From: Anthoceros angustus
Lineage: Eukaryota > Plantae > Anthocerotophyta
Direction of reading: 5' to 3'
Assembly: GCA_010909165.1 (NCBI GenBank)
Contig: MU008153.1
Span: 1 to 64,000 of the forward strand
Length of the DNA: 64,000 bases
Below are positions 1-12,499 of this stretch, in pieces. The first letter of the stretch is position 1, and every line of letters begins with the position of its first letter. The position numbers and the translations under genes were made by a program. The notes below the pieces were generated by a model, which saw only the letters and a program-made list of their open reading frames with translations, was not told the origin of the DNA and made no database searches.

Positions 1-717
1 AAAGGGTGTAAGTTGTGAAAAACACGAGCCCTGGGAGATCCAAAAGGATGTATTGCACGATCTGACCAACACCACAGAATGGCACATTCAACCTTAGTGC
101 AAAAGACCACGCATGTACTGATACTGTGACAAGTCCCAACACTGGGACACACGAATCAACACATCAAATTGGCAGCCAGTGAGATACGAAGCGCAACGAA
201 CTCACAAAAACGGAGTTTACCTTTGGCTCCAGCTGCTGGACATCTCGTCGGAACAGGAAGACGAAAGCCCGAACTGGGAACTCCAAAAAAGTGAAAGTTA
301 TCAGCACATGAAGCACGGCACTTCGAGAGACATTCAGTACCTCACAGCAGCAACAGGTGCATAGCCGAGGCCTCACCGACATTCACGATGATATTTAAGA
401 GATGGAACACCTTCTGAGTAGTCCATCCATAATCAGGAACCCGGCGCTGGATTCGTATGAGTTGAACCTAAAAGGCAAACACCACAACCACAGGGTTTAG
501 CAAAAAACCGCATCCAACGCCTCGAAGTTCGCCGTAGGCTCCGTCACGAGGAGAGAACCATACGTACAAGAGCGACGAGCGTGATGAGGCCGTAAACTCC
601 TGCCAAGATGTAGAAAACCCGGTCCTGCCAGACCACCGACTCATTCACGCGCCTCCACCAATCAGCAGCTGATCCCACTGTCCCGGCCAGCATCACTACG
701 GGCCATCCCTCTTCCAT
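1..717 (-). CDS. TOM1: TOM1/THH1-family (tobamovirus multiplication 1-like) membrane protein, 5' part, runs off the window start
   Basis: Manually spliced with GT-AG introns: exons 717-568, 467-377, 273-221, 61-1. They give [118 protein letters not shown], matching the TOM1 motifs [22 protein letters not shown] and LLDLPGL.FF. Confidence 0.93.
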
Positions 718-1789
718 GCTAAACCCTGGTCCTGAGTACGATACAGTCCAGTTGATCCTCTATCCCCTGCTGCAAGAGCTTCCACCCCGCGCTGCCTCCG
801 CTATCCCTGAAATCCGCCCGAACACTCTGCTTCAATGCTACCCTCACCCGAGCCAGCATCACAGATCAAGACCACGATCCAGGCCGCAAACTTCCACAAC
901 CAGCCATCCGCAACCCTGCCACACACAATCCTCACCAGGAACGCACGCCCTATCCCAACTCCATCACACTCCGGCACCCGACATGCAGCCACACAGAAAA
1001 ACCCCGCCTCCGTCCCCGAGATCCCGTCAGGAATCCCGGGGCCCGGGGAGGTACGTCAGGCACAGGCATGCGACGCGAATTGCACCTGCGCCAGGGGGGA
1101 TAAAATTTTGGCTTGCTTGCTCGCAAGCCTGCTTGCTTGCTCCAGCCTGCGGGGACCTCAGAAGCGAGATCGGGCGGAGATGGCGGCGCGGGCGGCGGAG
1201 GCGGGCGCCATCCGGCGGCGAGGCAAGGCAGAAGTGGAGGTGGTAGCGGTGGAGGAGCGCTTCGCCATAGCCCTGCTGGCTCTCGCCTCACTCACTGCTG
1301 CCGCGGCTGCTGCTGCTGCAAAAGGCTAAGTAAAAAATGATTTGAGGCACGGGCGGGCCGATGCTCGAGCCCACTAACCCAGCCCGGTGGTCGGGTTTAG
1401 TGATCTCGGGTTGGACTAACTGGGCACAACCAACCACCCGCGGCCTTTCGTGGGATTAATCACCGGGAGAGGTAACGATGTGCACCGGGGACGGGCATAT
1501 GCCTGTGATGCCGGGCCCACCATGCATGGGATGGTGCATGTGGGTGGGGTCGCTGGCTGCAGCAGGTGGCACCCAGAGCCGCAGTCTGCCGTGTCCTGCC
1601 AAACATACACCGCGTGGCACATGGCATTTTGCACATCCTCTCCCTTTGTTTCTTTGGCACCATTCCGCTCCCTGGCATTTGAATGAATGGATGTCCATTT
1701 GAATGAATTTCCTTGGTCAAAGGAATCACCTGACAGCGGCACCCCTTATCCCTAAGTTTCTCCTTCGAATCTGAACGAGGGCTTCCACG

Positions 1790-2030
1790 CCCACGTTTGA
1801 AGGTTTGAAAGTTTGAAGCGGGGTGTCCAATATTTTCTTAAATATATGAAGAAGAAGAAGAATTTTATTGAAGTCCACTAAGGACTGATTTCCGTCACGG
1901 GACTTGGTACTTAACAACTTGTACCATGGTGTGCCTAAGCTACTTGCACCAAGGGCATCCACTCCCTTTAGGCACCCCATCTAAGTACCGATCCAAGCTC
2001 AGGATGCTTAATATATGGATTGGGGCCTTG
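1790..2030. repeat. Dispersed repeat of unknown TE class, homologous (inverted) to 62455-62830 and related to 33130-34300
   Basis: Block GCACCAAGGGCATCCACTCCCTTTAGGCACCCCATCTAAGTACC is reverse-complemented at about 62.5-62.7 kb; CAAGGGCATCCACTCC also occurs in the 33.6 kb array. Confidence 0.75.
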
Positions 2031-2805
2031 GTTTGCGGCTCTTGTGTTGCAAAACTCCATTGTTTGGTACTCCGCCGGTTACAGCCAAACAAGTCATGCA
2101 TAACATGCATCAATTTTAGATGCGGAGTATGTTATAAACATAACTTGCTCGATAGAGTAATTGGTTGCTGTTTGAAGAGTTTTGCTATCATCCGCTCATG
2201 TTTGGTGTGTCCAAGAGAGGTTGACATGAGCAGATAAAAATTCAACGTGAGTGCCTTAGGGATTTATCTTTATATGTATATACTTGACATATTAGTTGAT
2301 ATAGAGCTCACCCAATTTCCTACTTGTGCTATTTCAAATTTCTATCAACCTTATTCCCATTATTTGCAAGTTTTCTATATGCTAGCTACATATAACACCG
2401 TTTAAAAATCTATCACATATTTCATTTCATCCTGATTTTAATACTCATCGTATCCTAAAGAAAGACAATATAGTGATATGGAAAGAAATGGTGTCACAGT
2501 TGGGTATTTTTGCCCATTGCTGTTGGCTAGTCCATAATTGGGCTCCGCTCCTTCATAGGGGGGATTTGTTCTTGCTCTGATGTTGCACGAGCTAATGTGA
2601 TGAGGATTTTTTAGCTAGCGTTTTTTCGTTTCGGCTGCGGTTGGGGTTTAGTGTTGCTCCCGCTGCGGACCAACTTTGTTCCGCTCTTCAGTATGGTTTC
2701 ATGGTCTAAAGCTTGAGTTTCTTACATAAGAAAGAAAAAGGTGGAACAAGAAAGCCAGCAAGAACGGTTATGGCCAGACATAGCCAGCAAGTTCACGGAC
2801 AACAC

Positions 2806-3050
2806 TGTAAGGGTATTAAAGCCCAATGTACTTAGACTAATACGCTTAGTCTAAGTTAGGTGTCAGTTAAGTATCAATAGTTTAGCTAAAGCTAATCACT
2901 AGAAGCTTCTGCGGTTTCCTAGGGCTTCTTGTGGACCTTCCTAGGAGCCTGGAGGGTATAAATACCCCGAGCCTCATCTCAATGTGAGAGATACATTTGC
3001 CTCCTCTCCTCTCCTCTTTCCACCATCATGGGTCGCCACACGATCCTTCA
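2806..3050 (+). repeat. 5' LTR of the copia element
   Basis: Starts TGTAAGGGTATTAAAGCCC, ends GATCCTTCA, TATAAATA box; near-identical to 7315-7559 and to 58988-59245 (reverse complement). Confidence 0.95.
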
Positions 3051-6000
3051 ACCGTATCGAGCTTTGGTGTTGTGTTGTGATGCGGAAGATTCTAGCTGGG
3101 CGCGCAGCTCGTGGAATTGCAGGTGATCCATATCGCGCGAGGTCACGAACGCCGCGGGCGCGGGGACGTGCAGGCCGCTGGCGGGTGGCAGCGCGGGGGC
3201 CGCGGGCTCGGCTGTGGCATGGGGCGGGGCGGCGAAGCCCGGGCAGCGGAGTGCGCGCTGCAGCGATGGGGCAGCAGCAGGTGGGCGCGGGCTGGCAGCG
3301 AGCGGGTGGGCGCGGCGCGGGGCGAGCACGAAGAACCCGAATCAATCGCGGTGCCAACGCCAGCGGCGCAGCGAGAATATCGGCGGTAATACTGTGGAAG
3401 AGTCACGGCACACGCCGCAGTGGTGGGACCCGAATGGTGGGGACCTCAACGTTGGGATTCGTCGTTGAGAGAAAATTTTCCAACCCACCTACCGACAAGT
3501 GAGCCACGTGGCATACGGCGAAGACAAGCATAATTACATAACACAGAAGAGTTTTCTACATTACAAAACAATTGACTTTTCCGACAAGGCGAGAGTGTTT
3601 TATCTGTATCGATTTTTGAGATGATGTCTTCATCATCGAAAACGCTATCAATATCGGTAGTTAGATGGTACTAACTTCCCGCTCGAAAGAACAAGTGTAT
3701 AATGTTCTAGTGCGTAAAAGCGCATCAAGCCCATAAAGTTGTTAGGCCAAACCGTATAGTATGACACGTGATGAGTGGACTGGATGAGCTTGCTAGATCA
3801 TGCTAACATTGTCAAAACAGTGTACTTCAATGTGAAAGATAAGACCAAGTTATTACTATGGCGTGTGGACTCAGAGGAGAAGTGTGCGCGTGTATTGAAA
3901 AATGGTGGACTTGAAGATGAAGGAAGGGACGAGGATGTCCGATCATCCGAATGATTTCAATACCATTTTCAGCCAGCCTCATCTCAAGGTATCACATTCC
4001 TGCATTCCGTGAGAGCTATGTTTCTGGTCACATTACGAGAGTTGGGACACCTTTCAGACCTCGAGTAAGCCTCGCTAGTGGTCTTACCATTGTAAATGTA
4101 GAAGGTAGCCGTTAACCGAGGAGGTGAATGAAAAAAACATGGAACCTTCCAAAGGTTCCAAAGCCCTCATAGTGAGAGGAGGTCCACGAAGGGAAGCAAC
4201 CGGGTTTTCTCGTAGCAAATCTCGTAGTCAAGAATGTGGAGTGTCACTATTGTCACAAAGGGTCACTTCAAAGAGAGTGCGAAGTTCAAAAGGACCAAGG
4301 AAAAGAGAAGAAGCAGACGACAAGAAGGCGACTTAATGTCGTTGGAAGAGTTAAATTGAGGACGGAGATGTCCTTATCTCTTCTTACTTGAATGCCGCAA
4401 TTACCGTGGATAGTCATTTATTCGCAATTGGATAATTGACTCGTGCATCTTTCCATGTTACTCCTCATAGAGAGTGGTTTAGCACGATGATGCTACAAGG
4501 AAAGGATGCGTTAGGCTTGGAAATAACTACGCATGATCGCAGAGGTGATGTGCAACTCAAGTTTGAACGGATCTTCATTCATGTCAAGGACGTTAGGCAT
4601 GTTCAAGTTGACAAAGAGCATGATTAGCGCAGATGCTTGGATGATGGTTACCACCGCCGGTTTGGGGATCACTCTTGGAAGATCTCCAAAGGTTCTCTTG
4701 TGTTAGCTCGTGGATCAAGTGTGGCACTTTGTACTCACTTGTGTAAACATGCCAAAGATCATGTGATCAGGTGAGACCAAATGTTTCCTTGTGGCATTGC
4801 TTAGGACATATGTCTAAGGGAATGAAGGTTTTATCTGCTCGTTATATCCTCGTTTAACTTCTCCGATCTCTCGATGTGTGAGCACTTATATGGGAAGCAG
4901 ACAAAATCATCACATCGAACAAGAGGTAAAGTAGGAGTAAACCTCTTGAGTTGGTTCACGTGATGTATGTGGACCTATGCTCATCGTGATCATTATTAGG
5001 CGGTGCCTCTATTTTGTCACTTTCATAGATGATTTCTCACGCAAGGTGTGGGTTTATCCTTTGAGGAAAAAGGATGAAGTTCGGCGGTGTTTGAAATTTG
5101 TCACCCTTGTAGAGAATCACCGCCACCGATTGAAGTGTCTAAGGAGATAATGGTGGAAGTATGTTCAAAGCTTTCCATCATTCTGTGATTCCAAGGGAAT
5201 CAAAGAGAATTGATCACAGATACTCCTCCACAAAATGGTGTGGCGGATGAGCAGAACCATTGAGAGAGAGGATAGTTTGTTGTCAAACTGGATTGCCTAA
5301 TGGGTTTTGGGGCGGTTCACCGCAATTCATCTTATTAATGATCTCCTAATAAGGTCATTGATGAGGTGTTCCAGAGGAGCTATAGTGCGGAAAGAAACCA
5401 TCCTACAAGCATCTGCAGTGTTTGGTGAGGCATCTTGCCATGTTCCAAAAGAGTTTCGGGACAAGTTGGCACCTAAGTCCAAGAAATGTATTTTTCTTGG
5501 CTATGGTGATTCCGTGAGATGGGATACCGTTTGTGGGATCCAGAGGCTAGAAAGGTTGTTCAGATTAACGACGTGTTCTTCAATGAGAACAAGATGCAAA
5601 GCCTACTCCAACCGTGGAGGTGCGAAGGGTGATCTTCAAGAAGATGGACATGATCATCATGGTGTTGATAACGTGGTAATGTGCGTGAGCACATTCCTCC
5701 ACGGTAGATGAACCAAGAGTCGAACAAGCTCCTATAGAGGTGTGCTTCGTAGGTCGTGCAGATTACACGACCTCAGCGGTATGATCCATCTGGATTATGT
5801 CATGCCGACAGACAGGGGAACCCTCTTCTTACAAAGAGGCCATGTCAATGAGTAACAAAGAAGTGGGAGAAGGCCATAAATGAATTGCATAAGAACCAAA
5901 CTTGGGAGTTGGTTGGTTGCCTAGGATAAGAAGGCACCACTGCAAATGGGTGTACAAGATGAAGGTCATACCGCTTGATGGCAAACCAAAGTACAAGGCA

Positions 6001-7314
6001 CGATTGGTTGCTAAGGGTTTCAAGCAATGTGCATTGACTTTGATGAGATTTTCTCACCAAGAGTCAAAATGACAACTTTGCGATGTGTTCTTGCTTTGGT
6101 TGCGGGAATGATATGGAACTTGTACTGATGGATGTCAAGGCGGCATTCTTGCATGGTGACCTTCAAGAGGGCGTCTACATGCAAAGAAGAAGGTTTTGTT
6201 GAGAAGGGCAAAGAGAATCGTGTGTGTTGGAAGAGCCTTTATGGTTTGAAGCAGGCACCAGTGGTATCACAAGTTCCACTCATTTATGCTTTCTCAAGGC
6301 TACAAACGAAGCGATGAGGATCATTGCCTCTCTGAAAACAAGCTAAGGATCAAAGCTTGCTCATTTTGATCCTCTATGTGGATGATATGCTAATTGGGAA
6401 CAAGATCGATGAGATTTTCTTGAAGTCAAAGTTGAATGCTCACTTTGAAATGACAGACTTGGGAGAGGCGAGCCATATACTTGGCATGCGTATTCGTCGG
6501 AGACATAAGCGTCACTTTATTTGTCTCGAGAGAATACATTACAGTGCTTCAACGTTTCAACATGGAGAAGGGAAGCCATTGGGTACTCCATTGCCTCCAT
6601 ATGTGAAACTTTCAAGCGGATTGCCCAAGCTACGAGGAGGACAAAGCTGAAATGGAGAAGGTCCCATACTCATCAGTAGGGAGTTTGATGTATGCAATGA
6701 TTGCTACGTCGACATTGCCTTTGCGGTGGGAGTGGTTAGCGAGTTATGTCAAACCACGGCAAGAAGCATTGGGAGGCGATAAAAGGAGTTATGAGGTATC
6801 TGAATGGTACAAAAGCTTTGTGCATATGTTTTGGTAGTGAAGATGCATGTGTGGTTGGGTACAGATCTGATTATAGGATATGGACAAAGGAGGTCCACAT
6901 CGAGTTATGTCTTCATGTGCCTTTGGAGGGGCGATCTCATGGCGATCTCGTTTGCGATCGTGCATTCGCTATCTACCAGAGAGTATGTTTTGGCGAGGCT
7001 TGCAAGGAAGCCATATGGCTTGCTCGTTTAGTGGGAGACTTGGGGATCAAGGTTGAGTTGCCGGTGTTGCATTGTGATAGCAGTGCTATCAATTGGCAAA
7101 GAATCCGATGTTTCATGCGAAGACTAAACATGTGGATGTGAAGTATCACTTCATTCGAGAGGTGTTGGATGACAAGAGGGTACAACTTGTCAAGGTTCAC
7201 ACCAGAACCCTGATATTCTTACCAAGGGACTCTCTACAGCAATTTGCACCTGGCTCGGACGATGGGCATGAGGTAGTCCATTCTCTGAGGTAAATTGGCC
7301 TTTAAGTGGGAGGT

Positions 7315-7559
7315 TGTAAGGGTATTAAAGCCCAATGTACTTAGACTAATACACTTAGTCTAAGTTAGGTGTCGATTAAGTATCATTAGTTTAGCTAAAG
7401 CTAATCACTAGGAAGCTTCTTGTGCTCCTTCCTAGGGGCTTCTAGGAGCCCTGTTGGAGGTATAAATACCCCCAGAGCCTCATCTCAATGTGAGAGATAC
7501 ATTTGCTTCCTCCTCTCCTCTCCTCTTTCCACCATCATGGGCTGCCACATGATCCTTCA
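7315..7559 (+). repeat. 3' LTR of the copia element
   Basis: Follows the PPT, same termini as the 5' LTR, followed by TSD AACAC. Confidence 0.95.
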
Positions 7560-7706
7560 AACACAACATCTCGAGAACATGGGTGACACAGGCCAACACG
7601 TGACAACCACCAAAGGTATGGCCAGACATTTCCAGCAAGTTCATGGACAACACAACATCTCGAGAACATGGGCGACATCGGCCAACATGTGACAACCACC
7701 AAAGGT
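7560..7706. repeat. About 80-bp tandem repeat that served as the copia target site
   Basis: Unit (TATGGCCAGACAT..CCAGCAAGTTCA.GGACAACACAACATCTCGAGAACATGGG...) is split by the element; its left part is at about 2769-2805. Confidence 0.8.
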
Positions 7707-8326
7707 AAACCGATAATGACAGCACCCAAACCTAAACACACCCATGTGCTTTGGAACCAAGCCCAGAAATGAACCCAATAACTTAGATAGATATTCCCAA
7801 TAAATGAAGCAATATCTTAAAAATAGTATATTTGAATTTGCTTCATAACTTTTTATCCCTTACAAGGATAAGGAACCATTGTAAATTATGATCATCCATT
7901 GTAAATTATGGTCGCCCCTTGTAAGTTATGGTCGTCCCTAGAAAGGGCGTGGGACTCCCTCGAGTGAGTTCTTCAGCGCAAGACATTTCGTAATAAACTT
8001 AACTTGAAGTTGTTGTTACAATTGCAATACCCTTTCAAATTATAGATTTCATAAATAAAGAATGACCGGAAAAGAAACGACATACACGGGAATTTCCCAA
8101 TCAACCAATTTACGTGAGCTCTCCACTAGAAAGGGTCCTTCACCCTCTTCAAAGAAAAGAGCTTCAAGAAACGAGCTACCGCATCATTGATGGTGTCCGA
8201 AGGAGGACAGGCGCGGACGACACATATAAAATATAACCCTACCATGGCCAGCAATTGCAGCAGCTCAGATTGATCTAGCTCAATTTGTACCCTGACTCGG
8301 GAGCAGAGCAACGAAAATGGCAGGAA

Positions 8327-8722
8327 TCAAAAGCAACATTCACAGTCGAAAGGGCATAGAGACGTGCCGCCGGAATTCTTCTTGAACCCCAGCTCCTCCT
8401 CCGAGTACACTGCGAAGCCGTCGTCAGTCTTCCTCCTCACTTTCGCGAGAACAGCGGGCGCACCCCTTTCCCTGCCTTCCTTTTGCTGCTTCCTCTGTTT
8501 CTTCTCCTTTTGCTTTTTAGGAGTTTTGTTGCGGCCGGCATCGGCCTCATGGCTGTCATCGGCTTGAGAAGCTGGCCGCCTCCGCTTTTTCTGAGCGAAA
8601 ATCGTCTCTATCTCATCTACCTCATCTGCATCCGGCTGCTGGTCCTTCTCATCTTTCGCAGCCTCCACAGCCACGGTTGCTTCTTGAAGGCGTTTGGCCT
8701 TTCCACATTTCTTCCCCCCCAT
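8327..8722 (-). CDS. DUF1764-family small Lys-rich protein (single exon, 131 aa)
   Basis: C-terminus RRKTDDGFAVYSEEELG...GGTSLCPFDCECCF is the DUF1764 signature. Confidence 0.85.
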   Translation of the reverse strand: MGGKKCGKAKRLQEATVAVEAAKDEKDQQPDADEVDEIETIFAQKKRRRPASQADDSHEADAGRNKTPKKQKEKKQRKQQKEGRERGAPAVLAKVRRKTDDGFAVYSEEELGFKKNSGGTSLCPFDCECCF

Positions 8723-8884
8723 GGCGGCTGGTGCCGCAAAAGAGCTTACTTCGGAGCTAGGGTCGTGAAAATCACATGACCTCGGATTTCAACCTATTTT
8801 GTACTAGCATATATAGAACAACTGGCGAAGTTGTTTTGGTATCTGCGATTCGCCGGCGGCAGGGTTCTGTTTCCGGCAGTAAGT

Positions 8885-11398
8885 ATGATCGACTCTGTGT
8901 TGGTGATGAACACGCAGGGCAAGCCCCGCCTCACCAAATTCTATCAGCCCTTGGTACTGTAATCTCACGGCCGGTTAGCTGGTGGAAGGATGTGACAACG
9001 CGCATGCTGATTCTGGTGTTCTTTCTTCTCTGGGTGTGAAGAGCAGTCTGAGGACAGGCAGCAAGAGGTTATCCGCTCGGTGTATTCCGGTATGGGCTGC
9101 GTTCTTGCTGTTGAGGCTCTTGGAAGGCGTCTGCTGCAGGAATTGGAGCCCTAGCCTGATGTTTTGTGGGTTGGTGTTTATGCCACAGTATTATCAAGCA
9201 GGCCACCGGAGCTGTGTAGCTTTGTTGAAGCTGACGATATTATTGGTCCGGTATGTGCGCACACCTTAGGGTACGGGTGTCAGGTGATCTGGCAAGCAGG
9301 AATGCGTCCTGAGCTGACGTCTAGCTTCTCTTTGCACAGGACAAGAAGCTTGTGTACAAGCACTTTGCAACGCTCTACTTCATCTTCCTGGTAGACAGTG
9401 CTGAGAGCGAGTTAGGGATTCTGGACCTCATACAAGGTGGATCTTTTGTTATTGGGACCCCGTCCGTGTCTGCGGTGTTTGGTTCTGCTATCAGCTCATG
9501 TTGGCATCTTCAGCTCATAATGGCATCTTCTTTTCTTGTAGTGTTTGTGGAGACTTTGGACCGTTGCTTTAAGGATGTCTGCGAGCTTGATATTGTTCAC
9601 AACTTCAACAAGGTGCTCTATCCTGTCCACTTTTCGTGAATAGCCTTGCTGATAACAGAGAAGGAGTGCTGAGAGCCCTTGGGGAATAGCTCCTACTTGA
9701 AGTTAACGCGTCTGAGAGCGTTTCACGTTGTCATACAAGAAACTTCAGTAATAGGTGCTAGAGAGTGGGCAGTGGAAGAGAGCCGCAGTGTTTAAACGTA
9801 GCCGGATCAAATTGCGTCAAACCCTTGTAGGGCACTTCAGAGATGGACGAAATGGTCACCCAGGAAGCAGAGAGAGTAAGGAACGTTCCGCAGGAATCAA
9901 CTGCTCCCACAGGGTCAGTCATACGTGATATTGCGATGTCTGATACACAAGTGGATGGTAGTGAGGGAATAGAGAAGCCTGCATTTTCTTTCGCAGTGAT
10001 CACAGATGTACAGTATGCGGATGTTCCTGATGGTCATTCTTTTAAGGGTGTTCCACGCTACTATCGCCACAGCCTTGAAGCTCTATATGAAGCTGTCAGT
10101 AGTTGGAATTCTACGGGGAGTTTGAACTTCGGAATCCATCTGGGAGACATTGTAGACGGGCATTGCCCTAGGGATGAATCCCAAAAGGCTGTAGGGAAAG
10201 TATTGGCAATATTTAATTCCTTTCAGGGAGGCCCTTTCTTCCATATTATCGGTAATCACTGCCTCTATAATCTTCCGCGGAGAGTGCTGAATGAGATGCT
10301 TGCTATCCCACCTTCGCAAGATGGTCGGTCATATTATGAATTTAGCCCATCAGAATCTTTCAGGTTCATCATTCTGGATGGATACGACGTAAGTGCGCTA
10401 GGTTGGCCCCCAGATCATCCACATACAGCATTGGCCAAGCAGGTTTTGGATGAAAGGAATCCGAACACGAACAAGGATAGCCCAGAGGGACTTCGAGGAC
10501 CAGCAAGGAGGTTTGTGAAGTATAACGGTGGGGTGGGAAAGGAACAGCTTGCTTGGCTGGAAGCTGTGCTGAAGGACGCGAGCAACTTGAGGCAAAAAGT
10601 GATTATATGTTGCCATTTGCCACTTCATCCAGGTGCCAGCAGTCCTGCATCCCTGTTATGGAATTATTACGAGGTATTGCTGGTGCTACACTCGTTCAAG
10701 TGCGTTGTGGCTTGCTTGAGTGGTCATGCCCACAGAGGGGGCCATGTGGTTGACTCTCGTGGCATTCACCATCACGTCTTCGAAGCAGTTTTGGAGTGTC
10801 CACCAGGGACAAATGCCTTTGGTCATATCAATGTCTATCCTAATAGGTTAGTTCTGGTCGGGAGCAGCGGCATGGAATCCATAGAAATGCCTTTCAGGTT
10901 GTAAGAGCTGTGCTGCTTGGTCAGCCTACCGGGAGCAACAAAGCCAAATGATTAGAATGGATATCAATGTAGCGTCTCCTTACAGGTTTCCACAGGCAGA
11001 CGGGCACTGCGGCCTCCCTTCCTCCTTCCTGGAAGACTGCAATCCTCTATTTACCACTTACTAGCCTTATTCGTCTAATTCAGATTGGTCACATGAATCA
11101 TTAGGTGTTTCAAAGACGAGCTTGGTGATGGTTGTGCAGGTACATACCATACTAGATGAGATCATAATGGGGGGCCAAGTTGTTGAGACAAATCCAGCTG
11201 AAGTCATGAAGACAGTACAGGACATTCTCAAGTAAATCAACCACACTTGTTTCTATTTCAAATTCTGATTCAACTCCGAAGCGTGCTTGTGGTTAAGTTG
11301 TGTTACGCCACGCGTAATGTACGTCACTTTGTATTTGTAGGTCGGAACGGGCGTCAGATCCTGCGCCAATTGTTGTAAAGGCTCAAGGGAAGCGTTAG
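8885..11398 (+). CDS. AP3S: AP-3 complex subunit sigma, 7 exons
   Basis: Exons 8885-8953, 9047-9089, 9189-9250, 9340-9436, 9542-9612, 11140-11231, 11341-11398 (all GT-AG) give MIDSVLVMNTQGKPRLTKFY...LVYKHFATLYF...LDLIQVFVETLDRCFKDVCELDIVHNFNKVHTILDEIIMGGQVVETNPAEVMK...GKR*. Confidence 0.93.
9843..10904 (+). CDS. ADPRM: Mn-dependent ADP-ribose/CDP-alcohol diphosphatase (metallophosphoesterase), intronless, nested in AP3S intron 5
   Basis: 353-aa ORF with ITDVQYAD, LGDIVDG, IGNHC, CHLP and GHAH metal-ligand motifs of the ADPRibase-Mn family. Confidence 0.92.
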   Translation: MDEMVTQEAERVRNVPQESTAPTGSVIRDIAMSDTQVDGSEGIEKPAFSFAVITDVQYADVPDGHSFKGVPRYYRHSLEALYEAVSSWNSTGSLNFGIHLGDIVDGHCPRDESQKAVGKVLAIFNSFQGGPFFHIIGNHCLYNLPRRVLNEMLAIPPSQDGRSYYEFSPSESFRFIILDGYDVSALGWPPDHPHTALAKQVLDERNPNTNKDSPEGLRGPARRFVKYNGGVGKEQLAWLEAVLKDASNLRQKVIICCHLPLHPGASSPASLLWNYYEVLLVLHSFKCVVACLSGHAHRGGHVVDSRGIHHHVFEAVLECPPGTNAFGHINVYPNRLVLVGSSGMESIEMPFRL

Positions 11399-11589
11399 TC
11401 CTAAGATTGCATGAGCATTTGTTTCTACTGGTGTCACTTTTCGTAACAACAAATCTACCTGCAAGTCTCCCGCTTGTGTGGTTTTTGATTCCGGACTGCG
11501 GTGTCCATCCAGCATCCATTCTTGATGCAATAGTCATGTTCTCTCCACAAAGAAAGAGTAGAGCGTTACATCAGACCGGTATTGATCTC

Positions 11590-12499
11590 TTAAATACTAT
11601 GGGTTGCATTACCCGAGGGAGACTCTTTTGTCGCCATTGGTTGGCTTCCAAGTCTCCCTGCTATGTATCTTCTGACCTCCTCAACAATTTGACTGGGTGT
11701 CCGATTTGCGTCGACAACAAATATGCCGTCTTCTTTTTCTTCCATCTCAAGTGTCTGAATCTGAGATTGTAGGAGAGAGGGCGGCATGTAGTGGTGGCCT
11801 TCCTTGTGTCTGGCGACCATTCGTGACATGAACTGCTCATATGATCCCTGCAGATAAACAAAGAGTACATTGCCAGAGAATGCTCCCGTCCGCAACTCGC
11901 CTCTCCCACCCGAGTCCACAAGAGCTGGATCCGCGGTCCGCAGGCTGTCTCTGTACAGCTTCTTCAGTGCAGAACAGGCCAACACTATCATCTCACCCCT
12001 CACAATCTTGCTGTGCAGAAGGTGCTTCAGTGCTACTAACCATGGCCGGCGATCATCGTCGGTGAGAGGAATTCCAGCTCCCATTTTCTCTGCAAATTGG
12101 AATCAGCTGTCAAAAATCGAGTGTGAGAAAGCTGTCTCCTCTCCTTCCAACCCAGAACTATCTACCTTTGTTTTGCTGTGAGTGGAAATCATCAGCATCA
12201 AAGAAGGGACAGTCCAACTCCCTTGCCAGCTGCTCACCAATGGTCCTACAACAGCAACAAGTCACAATTGATCTGAGATTGCAGAAACGAAGAAGAGATT
12301 CTGAGAATCTCAGATGGAGATAAATGGATCTTACGTCTTCCCAGCTCCAGAGACGCCCATCATAATCACAGCCAGTCCTGAGAGAAAAAACACTTGTGGT
12401 GACCTTGGTGGTTTTCCTCAAACACAAGACGGCAAGGGAGGCTGGTAATCATCTCGTACCTGGAAGGTGAGAGCCATCAGTTCCAAATTCATGATCCAT
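11590..12499 (-). CDS. GNTK: Gluconokinase (GntK/IdnK family), 4 exons
   Basis: Exons 12499-12460, 12377-12335, 12245-12166, 12089-11590. P-loop IMMGVSGAGKTT, FFDADDFHS, GIPLTDDDRRPWL, LACSALKKLYRD, HYMPPSLLQSQ. Confidence 0.92.

Larger units (their letters stand above)
2806..7559 (+). mobile_element. Full-length Ty1-copia LTR retrotransposon (Tnt1/Tork-like); ORF broken by many small indels
   Basis: TG...CA LTRs at 2806-3050 and 7315-7559, 5-bp TSD AACAC on both sides, degenerate iMet PBS (CCGTATCGAGC), PPT AAGTGGGAGGT. Remnants of protease (ASFHVTPHREWF), integrase (KLAPKSKKCIFLGY), RT (LILYVDDMLI) and RNase H (HAKTKHVDVKYHFIRE) in copia order. Confidence 0.96.

Noticed and set aside
716-1340. 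Several 100-176-aa ORFs on both strands
   Set aside because: GC-rich 5' UTR/intron and promoter region of the TOM1-like gene; low-complexity translations with no family motifs
1340-1420. Imperfect hairpin as a Helitron 3' end
   Set aside because: No CTRR terminus at the expected distance and no matching 5' TC end identified
2974-3502. Arg/Gly/Ala-rich ORFs up to 172 aa
   Set aside because: GC-rich leader of the copia element directly after the PBS; stop-poor by composition
8126-8311. 61-aa ORF downstream of the DUF1764 gene
   Set aside because: No motif or support; probably 3' UTR
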